A stretch of 64,000 bases of DNA. Origin: Nitrospinota bacterium. GTDB taxonomy: Bacteria > Nitrospinota > Nitrospinia > Nitrospinales > VA-1. Location of the stretch: assembly GCA_013349585.1 (NCBI GenBank), contig DUZG01000004.1:96-64095 (forward strand), given 5' to 3'. The stretch's first letter is position 1. The number at the start of each line of letters is the position of its first letter. The translations under genes and the position numbers were made by a program. This document shows, piece after piece, positions 43,306-51,877 of this stretch. The notes beneath the pieces are model-generated. The model was not told the DNA's origin, did no database searches, and saw nothing but the letters and a program-made list of their open reading frames with translations.

Positions 43306-44551
43306 AATAGTCATAGAAGGCGGTAAGCGGTTAGTGGGAACCGTGAAAATGAGTGGTGCCAAGAATGCGGTGTTACCGGTTCTTGCAGCAACATTGTTGA
43401 CTGAAGGTCGGAATGTCATCGATGGAGTTCCTGAAGTACGCGATGTGCAGACGATGATAAAACTCTTGGAAGCTCTGGGAGCTGAAGTAGAAAGTTATAG
43501 TAACGAGAAAATAATCTTGGATACCTCCAAGGTAAATAACTCGGAAGCTCCTTATGATCTGGTTTCCACCATGCGGGCTTCGTGCATGGTATTAGGGCCG
43601 CTTTTAACAAGGTTGGGCAAGGCACGGGTATCCCTTCCAGGAGGCTGCGCCATTGGAGCTCGTCCTATTGACCTTCATATAAAAGGTTTTCAGGCGATGG
43701 GAGCAAAAGTCTGGCTGGAACAGGGCTATGTCAATGGTGAAGTGGATCGTCTGAAAGGAATTTCATTTTATTTTGATACGGTTTCTGTGACAGGCACTGC
43801 AAACCTTATGATGGCCGCGGTTTTAGCTGATGGCGAAACTATTTTGGAAAACGCAGCGAAAGAACCAGAAGTGGTTTTCCTTGCTGATGTTTTAAATCTG
43901 TCTGGAGCAAAAATTTCAGGGCAAGGAACAGATATTATTAAGATCCAAGGAACCACATCACTCAAGCCAATTGAATGCACGATTTTTCCGGATCGTATCG
44001 AGACGGGAACCTATATGATCGCGGCGGCAATCACTCAAGGGGATGTGACGATTGAAAACTGCATACCGCAGCATGTTGAACCCATTATTTTGAAACTTCA
44101 AGAGGCTCAGGTTGATGTTGAAGTTGAAAAGAGTAAAATGCGGATAATAGGCAAGGGGCCTATCCGCGCTGTTAATGCGAGAACCCATCCTTACCCTGGT
44201 TTTCCTACCGATATTCAGGCGCAGTTCATGGCATTGATGACATTGGCGCAGGGACAGAGTATTATCATGGAGACCGTGTTTGAAAATCGGTTCATGCACG
44301 TTGCAGAATTAAAAAGGATGGGTGCTAATATCACGCTAGATGGGCATACAGCCATCATTAGTGGAGTGAAAGGTCTTTCAGGTGCCCCGCTGATGGCTAC
44401 GGATCTACGTGCAAGTGCTTCATTGGTTCTGGCTGCATTGGCGGCTAAAGGTCAATCTGTTATTTCCATAATTTATCACATCGACCTCTGTTATGTGAGT
44501 ATGGAAGAAAAACTGTCAAATCTGGGTGCCCAGATACGCCGCTTAAAATAA
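43298..44551 (+). CDS. murA: UDP-N-acetylglucosamine 1-carboxyvinyltransferase (atypical C-terminal motif)
   Basis: 417 aa. SGAKNAVLP (Lys22 equivalent), PGGCAIGARPIDLH (Cys115 and Arg120) and GFPTDIQAQ (Asp305) are present. The near-C-terminal motif reads HIDLCYVSM instead of HIDRGYE. Confidence 0.93.
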   Translation: MDKIVIEGGKRLVGTVKMSGAKNAVLPVLAATLLTEGRNVIDGVPEVRDVQTMIKLLEALGAEVESYSNEKIILDTSKVNNSEAPYDLVSTMRASCMVLGPLLTRLGKARVSLPGGCAIGARPIDLHIKGFQAMGAKVWLEQGYVNGEVDRLKGISFYFDTVSVTGTANLMMAAVLADGETILENAAKEPEVVFLADVLNLSGAKISGQGTDIIKIQGTTSLKPIECTIFPDRIETGTYMIAAAITQGDVTIENCIPQHVEPIILKLQEAQVDVEVEKSKMRIIGKGPIRAVNARTHPYPGFPTDIQAQFMALMTLAQGQSIIMETVFENRFMHVAELKRMGANITLDGHTAIISGVKGLSGAPLMATDLRASASLVLAALAAKGQSVISIIYHIDLCYVSMEEKLSNLGAQIRRLK

Positions 44552-44647
44552 AGCCTATCCCGGCTTGGCGTCGGTGAGAGGCGATGAAGGTCTGTTGTTT
44601 AGCCAAAAAAATATTTTCTTGTTAGATAGGGCTTTCCCAGCTAGGGG

Positions 44648-45748
44648 ATGCTGGTAAATGGTAAAGTTATGGACGAATCCCGACCTCTATACGATCAGGA
44701 TATTCACAGCATTGTGTTGTGGATGCCAAATTGGATTGGCGATGTAGTATTGACTCTTCCGGTTTTGCAATCCTTACGTCGAGCCTATCCCACGGCCCGT
44801 ATAACTGCCGTAGTAAAATCTCCCTCCGATGAGCTACTTCTTGGACATCCCGCTATTAACACGGTACTTCTCTTGCCTTCCGGTTCGAATTCGGGACTCA
44901 GGGAACGCATAAAATTCGCCCGCAGCCTCAAAAAATATCAGTTTGATGTGGGTATCATATTTCCAAATTCATTTGGTTCTGCTTTTCTATTAAGTTTGAC
45001 AGGAGCAAAGTATAGGCTGGGATACAACACAGATGGTAGGGATATTTTTCTTACACATCCGATACCGACTACCGATTATCTAAAAAAAAGCCAATATCGC
45101 GTTGAGTATTTTTTTAAAATTTTTTCGCCTCTAAAAATGGACGTACCGGACACGGTTTTTAGTCCTGTTGTAAAACAGGAGGGCGACATCTCAATCCGCG
45201 AAGCATTATTGAATACCGGTTTGGATGAAGATGAAGAGTTTATCACCCTGCATCCGGGAACATCTAAGTTAGAAAGAAGCTGGCATGCAGAACGGTTTGG
45301 AATTTTATGTCAAAAAATTTTTAAAGAGGATGGAAAGAAAATCGTTTTATTAGGAACGCAATCTGAAGAAAAACTGTTGAATCGAATTAAGAACTATTGT
45401 CCTCCGGATAGGGTCAAGATTATTCCAACGATGAACTTGAGAGTGTTAGCGGGCGTTCTGAAAAAAAGCCGACTGTTTATTGGTAACGATAGCGGTATGA
45501 TGCATCTTGCTGCTATGGTGGGCACACCCATTGTAGCTATATTTGGGCCTGGAAATTTCGGCACTACCGGTCCTTATATGGCTCCGGAGAATTGCGAAGT
45601 TATTACAGAAAATTATTCATGCTCACCTTGTCGCCAACGCTTTTTTAAGGAATGCAAACCTTCCCAGCATAACAAGCCTTATTGCTTAGAGGATATTACT
45701 GTGAAAAACGTGTACGAGGCAATTCAACGTCTTTTGAAAAGAATTTAG
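44648..45748 (+). CDS. glycosyltransferase family 9 (LPS heptosyltransferase-like)
   Basis: MPNWIGDVVLTLPVLQSLRRAYP and C-terminal NDSGMMHLAAMVGTPIVAIFGP motifs, typical of RfaF/WaaC-type enzymes. The subtype was not resolved. Confidence 0.85.
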   Translation: MLVNGKVMDESRPLYDQDIHSIVLWMPNWIGDVVLTLPVLQSLRRAYPTARITAVVKSPSDELLLGHPAINTVLLLPSGSNSGLRERIKFARSLKKYQFDVGIIFPNSFGSAFLLSLTGAKYRLGYNTDGRDIFLTHPIPTTDYLKKSQYRVEYFFKIFSPLKMDVPDTVFSPVVKQEGDISIREALLNTGLDEDEEFITLHPGTSKLERSWHAERFGILCQKIFKEDGKKIVLLGTQSEEKLLNRIKNYCPPDRVKIIPTMNLRVLAGVLKKSRLFIGNDSGMMHLAAMVGTPIVAIFGPGNFGTTGPYMAPENCEVITENYSCSPCRQRFFKECKPSQHNKPYCLEDITVKNVYEAIQRLLKRI

Positions 45749-46097
45749 AAGTTAATTTAGGGTGGGCTGATGAATGATATTTTGTCTTTAATGTGAAGAA
45801 TAATTTCCTGAACTGGCTGTCATATGCACAATTCTCCATGAAGCTAACGCCTGTATCATCAGAGATTTTCTTGAAAACAAAATATTCCCTGTCAGTTGGA
45901 GAATATATATTTTTCATACAGGGCCTGCTCCTGTCGCAGGCTCGATAAAGATTCGTCTCTGGGATAAGAAAGAAGATGTGGGACGTGCACGAAAGCTTCA
46001 GAGGTATGGTAAGTTTGCTCAACTTGCTGGACCGAGGTGGCCACTGAGGATGATGTTTGTGGCCATTGTGTTGAGAAGCTTAACTAAGTTGGGCTAC

Positions 46098-46784
46098 TCA
46101 GTTTGCAAATTTGAATTTGATAATATACCAGATGGCAGCGACGCCGTCCTTCCAAGTTATTTTTTTTCCTTCTGAATAGTCGCGACCATTATAAGAAATT
46201 GGGACTTCGTATATCCTGAAATTATTTTTTGCTACTTTCGCTGTAAACTCAGGTTCAAATCCAAAACGGTTACATTTAAATGTAAGGGTATCGTTGACTT
46301 TTTTTGTAAAAACTTTATACCCCGTTTCCATGTCTGTAAGGTTTACATTAGTGAGCATATTGGAAAAAGTTGTCAGCACCAAATTGCCAATGGAATGCCA
46401 GAAAAATAAAACGCGATGAGGGCCCCCCAGAAACCGGGAGCCATATACTACGTCTGCACGTCCGTCTAGAATTGGCCGGATTAATGTTCCATAGTCAGCG
46501 GGGTTGTATTCCAGATCAGCATCTTGAATGATAATGATGTCTCCGCTCACATTGGAAAAACCAGTTCTCAATGCGGAGCCTTTTCCTTGATTGTGGTTGT
46601 GATAAAAAACCTGAAAGCCTTCTTTGTTTTCGTATTTTTTAAGTATTTCACGTGTTCCATCGGTTGAGAAATCATCAACCAATAGTATTTCTTTATCGTA
46701 ATCAACCGCGTTGACTTGGGCTATTAAAGTCTCCAGGGTTTCCCGTTCGTTATAAATGGGGATGACAATAGAAAGTTTTAGCAA
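46098..46784 (-). CDS. glycosyltransferase family 2 (polyprenol-phosphate sugar transferase-like)
   Basis: LSIVIPIYNERETL and LVDDFSTDGT...IIIQDADLEY (DxD) motifs. TTG start. Confidence 0.88.
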   Translation of the reverse strand: MLKLSIVIPIYNERETLETLIAQVNAVDYDKEILLVDDFSTDGTREILKKYENKEGFQVFYHNHNQGKGSALRTGFSNVSGDIIIIQDADLEYNPADYGTLIRPILDGRADVVYGSRFLGGPHRVLFFWHSIGNLVLTTFSNMLTNVNLTDMETGYKVFTKKVNDTLTFKCNRFGFEPEFTAKVAKNNFRIYEVPISYNGRDYSEGKKITWKDGVAAIWYIIKFKFAN

Positions 46785-46793
46785 GATCTATAT

Positions 46794-46973
46794 TTAAAAA
46801 AGAGTATAGATGAAAGGGGCGACCGCACTGCCCTCGGTTAAGACAATTAACAAGCCCATGAGCAGCATTATTAAAACAATGGGAGCTAGCCACCATTTTT
46901 TTCTTGTTTTCAGAAAATCCCAAAACTCTGAAATAATGCTGAGCTTGCTATCTGGGTCAGATTGATTGGTCAT
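46794..46973 (-). CDS. DUF5989-like small membrane protein
   Basis: 59-aa ORF below the track cutoff: MTNQSDPDSKLSIISEFWDFLKTRKKWWLAPIVLIMLLMGLLIVLTEGSAVAPFIYTLF. The KKWWL...TEGSAxAPFIYTLF pattern is recognised from memory. Confidence 0.7.
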   Translation of the reverse strand: MTNQSDPDSKLSIISEFWDFLKTRKKWWLAPIVLIMLLMGLLIVLTEGSAVAPFIYTLF

Positions 46974-47058
46974 TGTTTCCTTGTATTATTTTTTAATCAG
47001 AGTGCTGAATATCTTTTCTATCATATCTAAAACAATATCTTATCGGAAGTATTTTATT

Positions 47059-47608
47059 TTAATGAAGCTTTTCAAAATTAAAGGAAATATCTTGCATTTG
47101 CCGGGTGAGCGTATTGGCAATACAACCTGTTAATACTCCTGTCAGGAGAGCGAATGAAAAGAAAAAAGGAAGCAATGTGAAAAAAGAACTCTCGCTAATA
47201 AGAAAATAATAGACACAGAGAGATGTCGCGAGAGTATGCGTATATGCTCCGAATATGCTGATGCCGATCAAACTCATGTGAGCTTTTCCTATTTTATAAG
47301 ACATACCCATTATAAGTATTGTTGCAATACATCCCATTAGACTCAAAAAAAGTCGGACCTAAAAAAATTCCACCAAGTATCGACCCTATAACCACTCGCA
47401 GAAAGGTAACAATTACCGCTTCTTTAAACCCCAAAAAAACCAATGCGACCAATGTCATGAGGTTAGCCAGACCCAGTTTTATCCATGGACTGGGTAAAGG
47501 CAGATGTGCTTCGAGACGATGTAGGATGACCCCTAAGGCTACCATAATGGCGATGGTCATCATTTTATTGCTTTGAGGAAATTCGGGTTGTCGCAGATGA
47601 GAAATCAT
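47059..47608 (-). pseudogene. Gx-transporter / heptaprenyl-diphosphate-synthase-component-I-like membrane protein, split by a frameshift
   Basis: Track ORFs 47294-47608 and 47059-47346 are the two halves of one family: ...KLGLANLMTLVALVFLGFKEAVIVTFLRVVIGSILGGIFLGPTFF, then SLMGCIATILIMGMSYKIG...GISIFGAYTHTL. They join if one base is removed from the A7 run at 47345-47351. Confidence 0.75.
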
Positions 47609-47609
47609 C

Positions 47610-48560
47610 TCATTTGCCAGTCTGATGATTTAACAAGGTTTCTACATGCAGTTGGACGGAATCCCCTAACGCAGAATAATCATATCCACCTTCTAACATG
47701 GAAAGTATTCTGCCTTCGCAAACATCGTTAGCGACATCAATCAGCTGTCGTGTCATTTCTCCGAAGCATTCCGTACTCAGCTCGATTTGGGCAAGAGGGT
47801 CATTCTCATGAGCATCAAATCCGGCTGATATAATAATCAGATCGGGATTGAATTTTTGAATTGCTGGAACCAATTTGTGCTTAATTGCGCTGAGATAATC
47901 AGGATCTCCCGAATAAGCTTGCATGGGTAAATTCAAATTCGACCCTAGGCCGTCTCCGGTTCCTGTTTCGTCCTCTCCTCCTGTGCCAGGGTAAAAAGGA
48001 TACTGGTGGGTGCTACTGTAAAAAATTGAGGAATCTTTATAAAAAGAATGTTGTGTTCCGTTTCCATGATGCACGTCCCAGTCAAAAATAAAAATTTTCC
48101 CGAGCTGTTTGACATCTTGAGCATAGCGAGCGATTACGCCGACGTTATTAAAAAGGCAAAATCCCATAGACCGATTTTGTTCGGCATGGTGACCCGGTGG
48201 GCGCACAGCACAAAAAGCATTGTTAATGGTTCCTTCTAAAATTTTGTCCAGGGCTTCAAGACCGGCACCGGCACTCAATAGTGCCGCTTCATGGGAGTCT
48301 GGGCAGATTACGGTATCGGCATCTAGATTTCGAACCCCATTTTTGCAGTTTTGCTCAACGTTCTTGATGTGTCCGCTATCATGTACTTTAGCGATATCAT
48401 CTACAGTGGCTTTGCGGGGTTGAATTAAGGTAAGGTTGTTGTAGTCTTTTGAAGATTCAATTTTCTCTTTAATTGCGGTTAATCGGCCTGGATTTTCCGG
48501 GTGCGGTTCGTTCTCGTGCTTCAAATAAAAAGGATCTGAAATGTAGCCCGTTTTATTCAA
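47610..48560 (-). CDS. histone deacetylase-family protein (acetoin utilisation/AcuC-like deacetylase)
   Basis: VRPPGHHAEQNRSMGFCLFNN and FDWDVHHGNGTQ motifs. TTG start. Confidence 0.9.
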   Translation of the reverse strand: MNKTGYISDPFYLKHENEPHPENPGRLTAIKEKIESSKDYNNLTLIQPRKATVDDIAKVHDSGHIKNVEQNCKNGVRNLDADTVICPDSHEAALLSAGAGLEALDKILEGTINNAFCAVRPPGHHAEQNRSMGFCLFNNVGVIARYAQDVKQLGKIFIFDWDVHHGNGTQHSFYKDSSIFYSSTHQYPFYPGTGGEDETGTGDGLGSNLNLPMQAYSGDPDYLSAIKHKLVPAIQKFNPDLIIISAGFDAHENDPLAQIELSTECFGEMTRQLIDVANDVCEGRILSMLEGGYDYSALGDSVQLHVETLLNHQTGK

Positions 48561-48649
48561 TTTTTTCCCCTGTAAATATTTTTAATTTCATATTAGTAAA
48601 ACTTTATTGAGGATATCAAAATAATGAGATTCCTTCAACTTATCTGAAA

Positions 48650-49786
48650 ATGCTCGATTTAGAAAAAAATGAAAAATTAAAGGTCATTGAAGAGAAGGCT
48701 TACGCCCTTGGTTTTGATGGGTTTGGAATTGCCAGTCCGGAAATAGGAGAGGCGGGTGCAAATTTCAGTGAGTGGTTGTCTTTGGGATACGCTGGGGAAA
48801 TGGCTTATATGGCTCGCGGGGAGAAAAAACGCCGTGATACAAATCTCGTGTTAGAGGGAGTCAAAAGCATTATTTGTCTCAGGACAAATTATTTCACCGC
48901 AGAAAAGGGAATGGACTTTCTAGACCACCCTGAAAGGGGAGATACCTCCCTTTATGCTTTGAATAAAGACTATCACGATATCATCACTCCTCGCTTGAAA
49001 GAACTTGAAAAAAATATTCAGGAAGAGTTCATAGACTGTAAAACCAAATTTTATGTCGATACAGGTCCTCTCCTTGAAAAACCGTTGGCTCAACGAGCGG
49101 GTTTGGGGTGGATTGGAAAACATACTAATTTGCTCAGTCAGGGAATCGGCTCTTGGTATTTTCTTTCTGAAATTTTAGTTGATGTCGCGCTACCTGAGTC
49201 TGAAGTGGCAGAAAACCATTGCGGTACCTGTCGCAGTTGCATCGATATTTGTCCTACCGATGCTATCGTTGCTCCTTATGTGCTGGATTCAAAAAAATGT
49301 ATTTCTTATCTTAATATTGAACTTAAGGGGGTTATTCCCATTGAGTTTCGCAAAGCCATCGGTAACAGAATATACGGATGCGACGATTGCCAGATCGTGT
49401 GCCCTTGGAACTCTTATGCAGTTAAAACAGACGAACCTGCTTTTCAAGAGGTTGATGGTAACTTTTTATTGACCGAATTGATTCTTATGGATGATGAGGG
49501 ATTTCGGAAAAGGTTCAAGGGCAGTCCGATAAAAAGAATCAAGCGGCGCGGATTGTTGAGAAACGTTGCGGTGGCTTTGGGGAACTCAAAAAGTATGCAG
49601 GCTGTGCCATTTTTGATAAAAGCTTTAGAGGATAAGGAGCCTCTCATCCGCGCCCATACTGTTTGGGCTTTGGGAGAGCTTTTGTTATCTAAAAGTATCC
49701 CTCTGCTCGATGAGAAACTGGCGGCAGAAGCCGAGCCTATGGTTTTGCATGAATTGGACGGTTTGCGGCAACGGTATCTTGTATGA
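48650..49786 (+). CDS. queG: tRNA epoxyqueuosine(34) reductase
   Basis: Two 4Fe-4S motifs (CGTCRSCIDICPTDAI and CDDCQIVCPWN) plus C-terminal HEAT-like repeats. Confidence 0.9.
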   Translation: MLDLEKNEKLKVIEEKAYALGFDGFGIASPEIGEAGANFSEWLSLGYAGEMAYMARGEKKRRDTNLVLEGVKSIICLRTNYFTAEKGMDFLDHPERGDTSLYALNKDYHDIITPRLKELEKNIQEEFIDCKTKFYVDTGPLLEKPLAQRAGLGWIGKHTNLLSQGIGSWYFLSEILVDVALPESEVAENHCGTCRSCIDICPTDAIVAPYVLDSKKCISYLNIELKGVIPIEFRKAIGNRIYGCDDCQIVCPWNSYAVKTDEPAFQEVDGNFLLTELILMDDEGFRKRFKGSPIKRIKRRGLLRNVAVALGNSKSMQAVPFLIKALEDKEPLIRAHTVWALGELLLSKSIPLLDEKLAAEAEPMVLHELDGLRQRYLV

Positions 49787-49887
49787 CGAATTTTGGGGAT
49801 TTTAGAAGTGCGTAAACAAACCGTTGAACCTGTCGGTGTCGCGTCTTATAATCAGTAAAATTTAATCCATTTTCGATTTAGAGGTCT

Positions 49888-50925
49888 ATGAGCGATTCAA
49901 GTGAGTTTCGATTTTTAAAAGCATGCCGGGGCGAACCGGTGGATAAAACACCTGTCTGGTTTATGCGTCAGGCAGGCCGGTATATGAAAGTTTACCGGGA
50001 TTTGAAAGAGAAACATACCTTCCTAGAAATGTGTAAAGCCCCGGAGCTGGCTTGCGAAGTAACCATGCAGCCTTTAGAGGTGCTGGATGTTGATGCGGCA
50101 ATTATTTTTGCTGACATTCTTCTTCCGCTGGAACCTATGGGAACGGGGCTCGAATTTTCCGCTGGCGATGGCCCGGTAATACCACGGCCCGTGAGAGATA
50201 AAAAAGCAGTCGAAAACCTTTTACCTGTCAACGCAGAAGAACAGCTTGGGTTTGTAGGCGATGCCATTCGACTGGTTCGCAAAGAGATTGATGGTAAAGT
50301 TCCTCTTGTCGGGTTTGCAGGTGCGCCTTTCACTTTGTCCAGTTATATGATCGAAGGTGGGAAGTCCCGCGATTTTACCACTACTAAACTGATGATGTAT
50401 GAAGCCACAGATGTCTGGAATCTTTTGATGGAAAAGGTTTGTGTAATGCTGGTGGGCTACTTGAAAATGCAGGTCAATGCCGGAGCGCAGGCCCTACAGA
50501 TATTTGATAGTTGGGTAGGGTGCCTCAGTCCACACGACTATAAAAAATATATCATGCCTCATTTAAAAGGGGTTTTTAGTGAGCTAAAAAAACTTAAAGT
50601 TCCTGTCATTAATTTTAGTACCGGGACATCGACCATGCTAGATACTGTGCAACAGGCGGGTGGTGATGTTCTTAGTTTTGACTGGCGTATTGAAATTGAT
50701 GAGGCACGTAAAATTTTAGGTGCTGACCAGCCCGTTCAAGGGAACCTCGACCCGGTCACTCTTTTTGCTCCCTTGCCGATTATTCGAGAAAGGGTTCACG
50801 ATATTCTGCGTCGTGCCGGTCCTACCGGGCATATTTTTAATTTGGGCCACGGTATCTTACAGCACACCCCGGTAGACCATGTTAAAGCGGTAGCCGAGAT
50901 GGTTCACGAGTTTAAATATGAGTGA
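49888..50925 (+). CDS. hemE: uroporphyrinogen decarboxylase
   Basis: PVWFMRQAGRYM signature, 345 aa. Confidence 0.95.
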   Translation: MSDSSEFRFLKACRGEPVDKTPVWFMRQAGRYMKVYRDLKEKHTFLEMCKAPELACEVTMQPLEVLDVDAAIIFADILLPLEPMGTGLEFSAGDGPVIPRPVRDKKAVENLLPVNAEEQLGFVGDAIRLVRKEIDGKVPLVGFAGAPFTLSSYMIEGGKSRDFTTTKLMMYEATDVWNLLMEKVCVMLVGYLKMQVNAGAQALQIFDSWVGCLSPHDYKKYIMPHLKGVFSELKKLKVPVINFSTGTSTMLDTVQQAGGDVLSFDWRIEIDEARKILGADQPVQGNLDPVTLFAPLPIIRERVHDILRRAGPTGHIFNLGHGILQHTPVDHVKAVAEMVHEFKYE

Positions 50926-51841
50926 TTCTTCACCTCGAATCGGTATATTCCTCATGGCGCACGGAGCGCCGGAATCCACGGATGATATCCCAGAGTATCT
51001 AAAAACCATCCGAGGTGGTAAGGAATCTACACCCGAAACAATCCAAATCATCCGTGACCGGTACGAGCAAATTGGCGGCAAGTCGCCTTTAAGGGAAATA
51101 ACCGCTGAACTTGCGGATCGGCTAGAAAAATTCCTGAATCAGGAAGGACTTCAATTTAAAGTATATGTGGGAATGCGCAATTGGAGTCCCTATATCCGAG
51201 ATGAGGTTAAACGGATGAAAGAGGATGGGATTGAAAAAGTAATCGCCCTTTGTCTTGCGCCGCAATTTAGCACTTGGAGCACCAAGCTTTACTTCAATGC
51301 TTTTAAGGAAGCTTTAAAAGATTGCGGTGGTGAAGACATCGATGTTCATTTTGTCGCAAGTTGGGCCAACCATCCTCTTTTAATCGATGTGTTTGCGGAG
51401 AAGTATCGAGAGGCTCTGGCAAAAGTGAATGGGGAATCCGTTTACACGATATTTACAGCTCACAGTATTCCTTCAGAATCAATTAAGCTTGGCGATCCCT
51501 ATGATCAGGAATTTAATAAAACCGTCGAATTATTAGTGGACCGGGTTAAGCCGAATAATTGGTATCAAGCGTATCAAAGTCAAGGGATGATACCCGTTCC
51601 CTGGCTGGGGCCAACCGTTGAATCTGTATTAGACAAAATTTCCCGAGTAGGCTCCAAAACAGTATTGATAGTTCCTGTGGGATTTGTTTGTGATCATGTA
51701 GAAATTCTTTTCGACATTGATATAGAGTTTAAAAAATATGCCGCAGACAGAAAACTAAAACTTCATCGAACAGAATCTCTAAACTTCTCTCCTACATATA
51801 TTGAAGCGTTAGCTTCGATAGCGTGGGAAGCAATGGTTTAA
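50918..51841 (+). CDS. hemH: ferrochelatase (proto- or coproporphyrin type not resolved)
   Basis: LMAHGAPES, TAHSIP and CDHVEILFDID motifs. Overlaps hemE by 8 nt. Confidence 0.9.
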   Translation: MSDSSPRIGIFLMAHGAPESTDDIPEYLKTIRGGKESTPETIQIIRDRYEQIGGKSPLREITAELADRLEKFLNQEGLQFKVYVGMRNWSPYIRDEVKRMKEDGIEKVIALCLAPQFSTWSTKLYFNAFKEALKDCGGEDIDVHFVASWANHPLLIDVFAEKYREALAKVNGESVYTIFTAHSIPSESIKLGDPYDQEFNKTVELLVDRVKPNNWYQAYQSQGMIPVPWLGPTVESVLDKISRVGSKTVLIVPVGFVCDHVEILFDIDIEFKKYAADRKLKLHRTESLNFSPTYIEALASIAWEAMV

Positions 51842-51877
51842 AATTTAGCAAGTAAACTCCTTCCTGAAAAAAAACTT

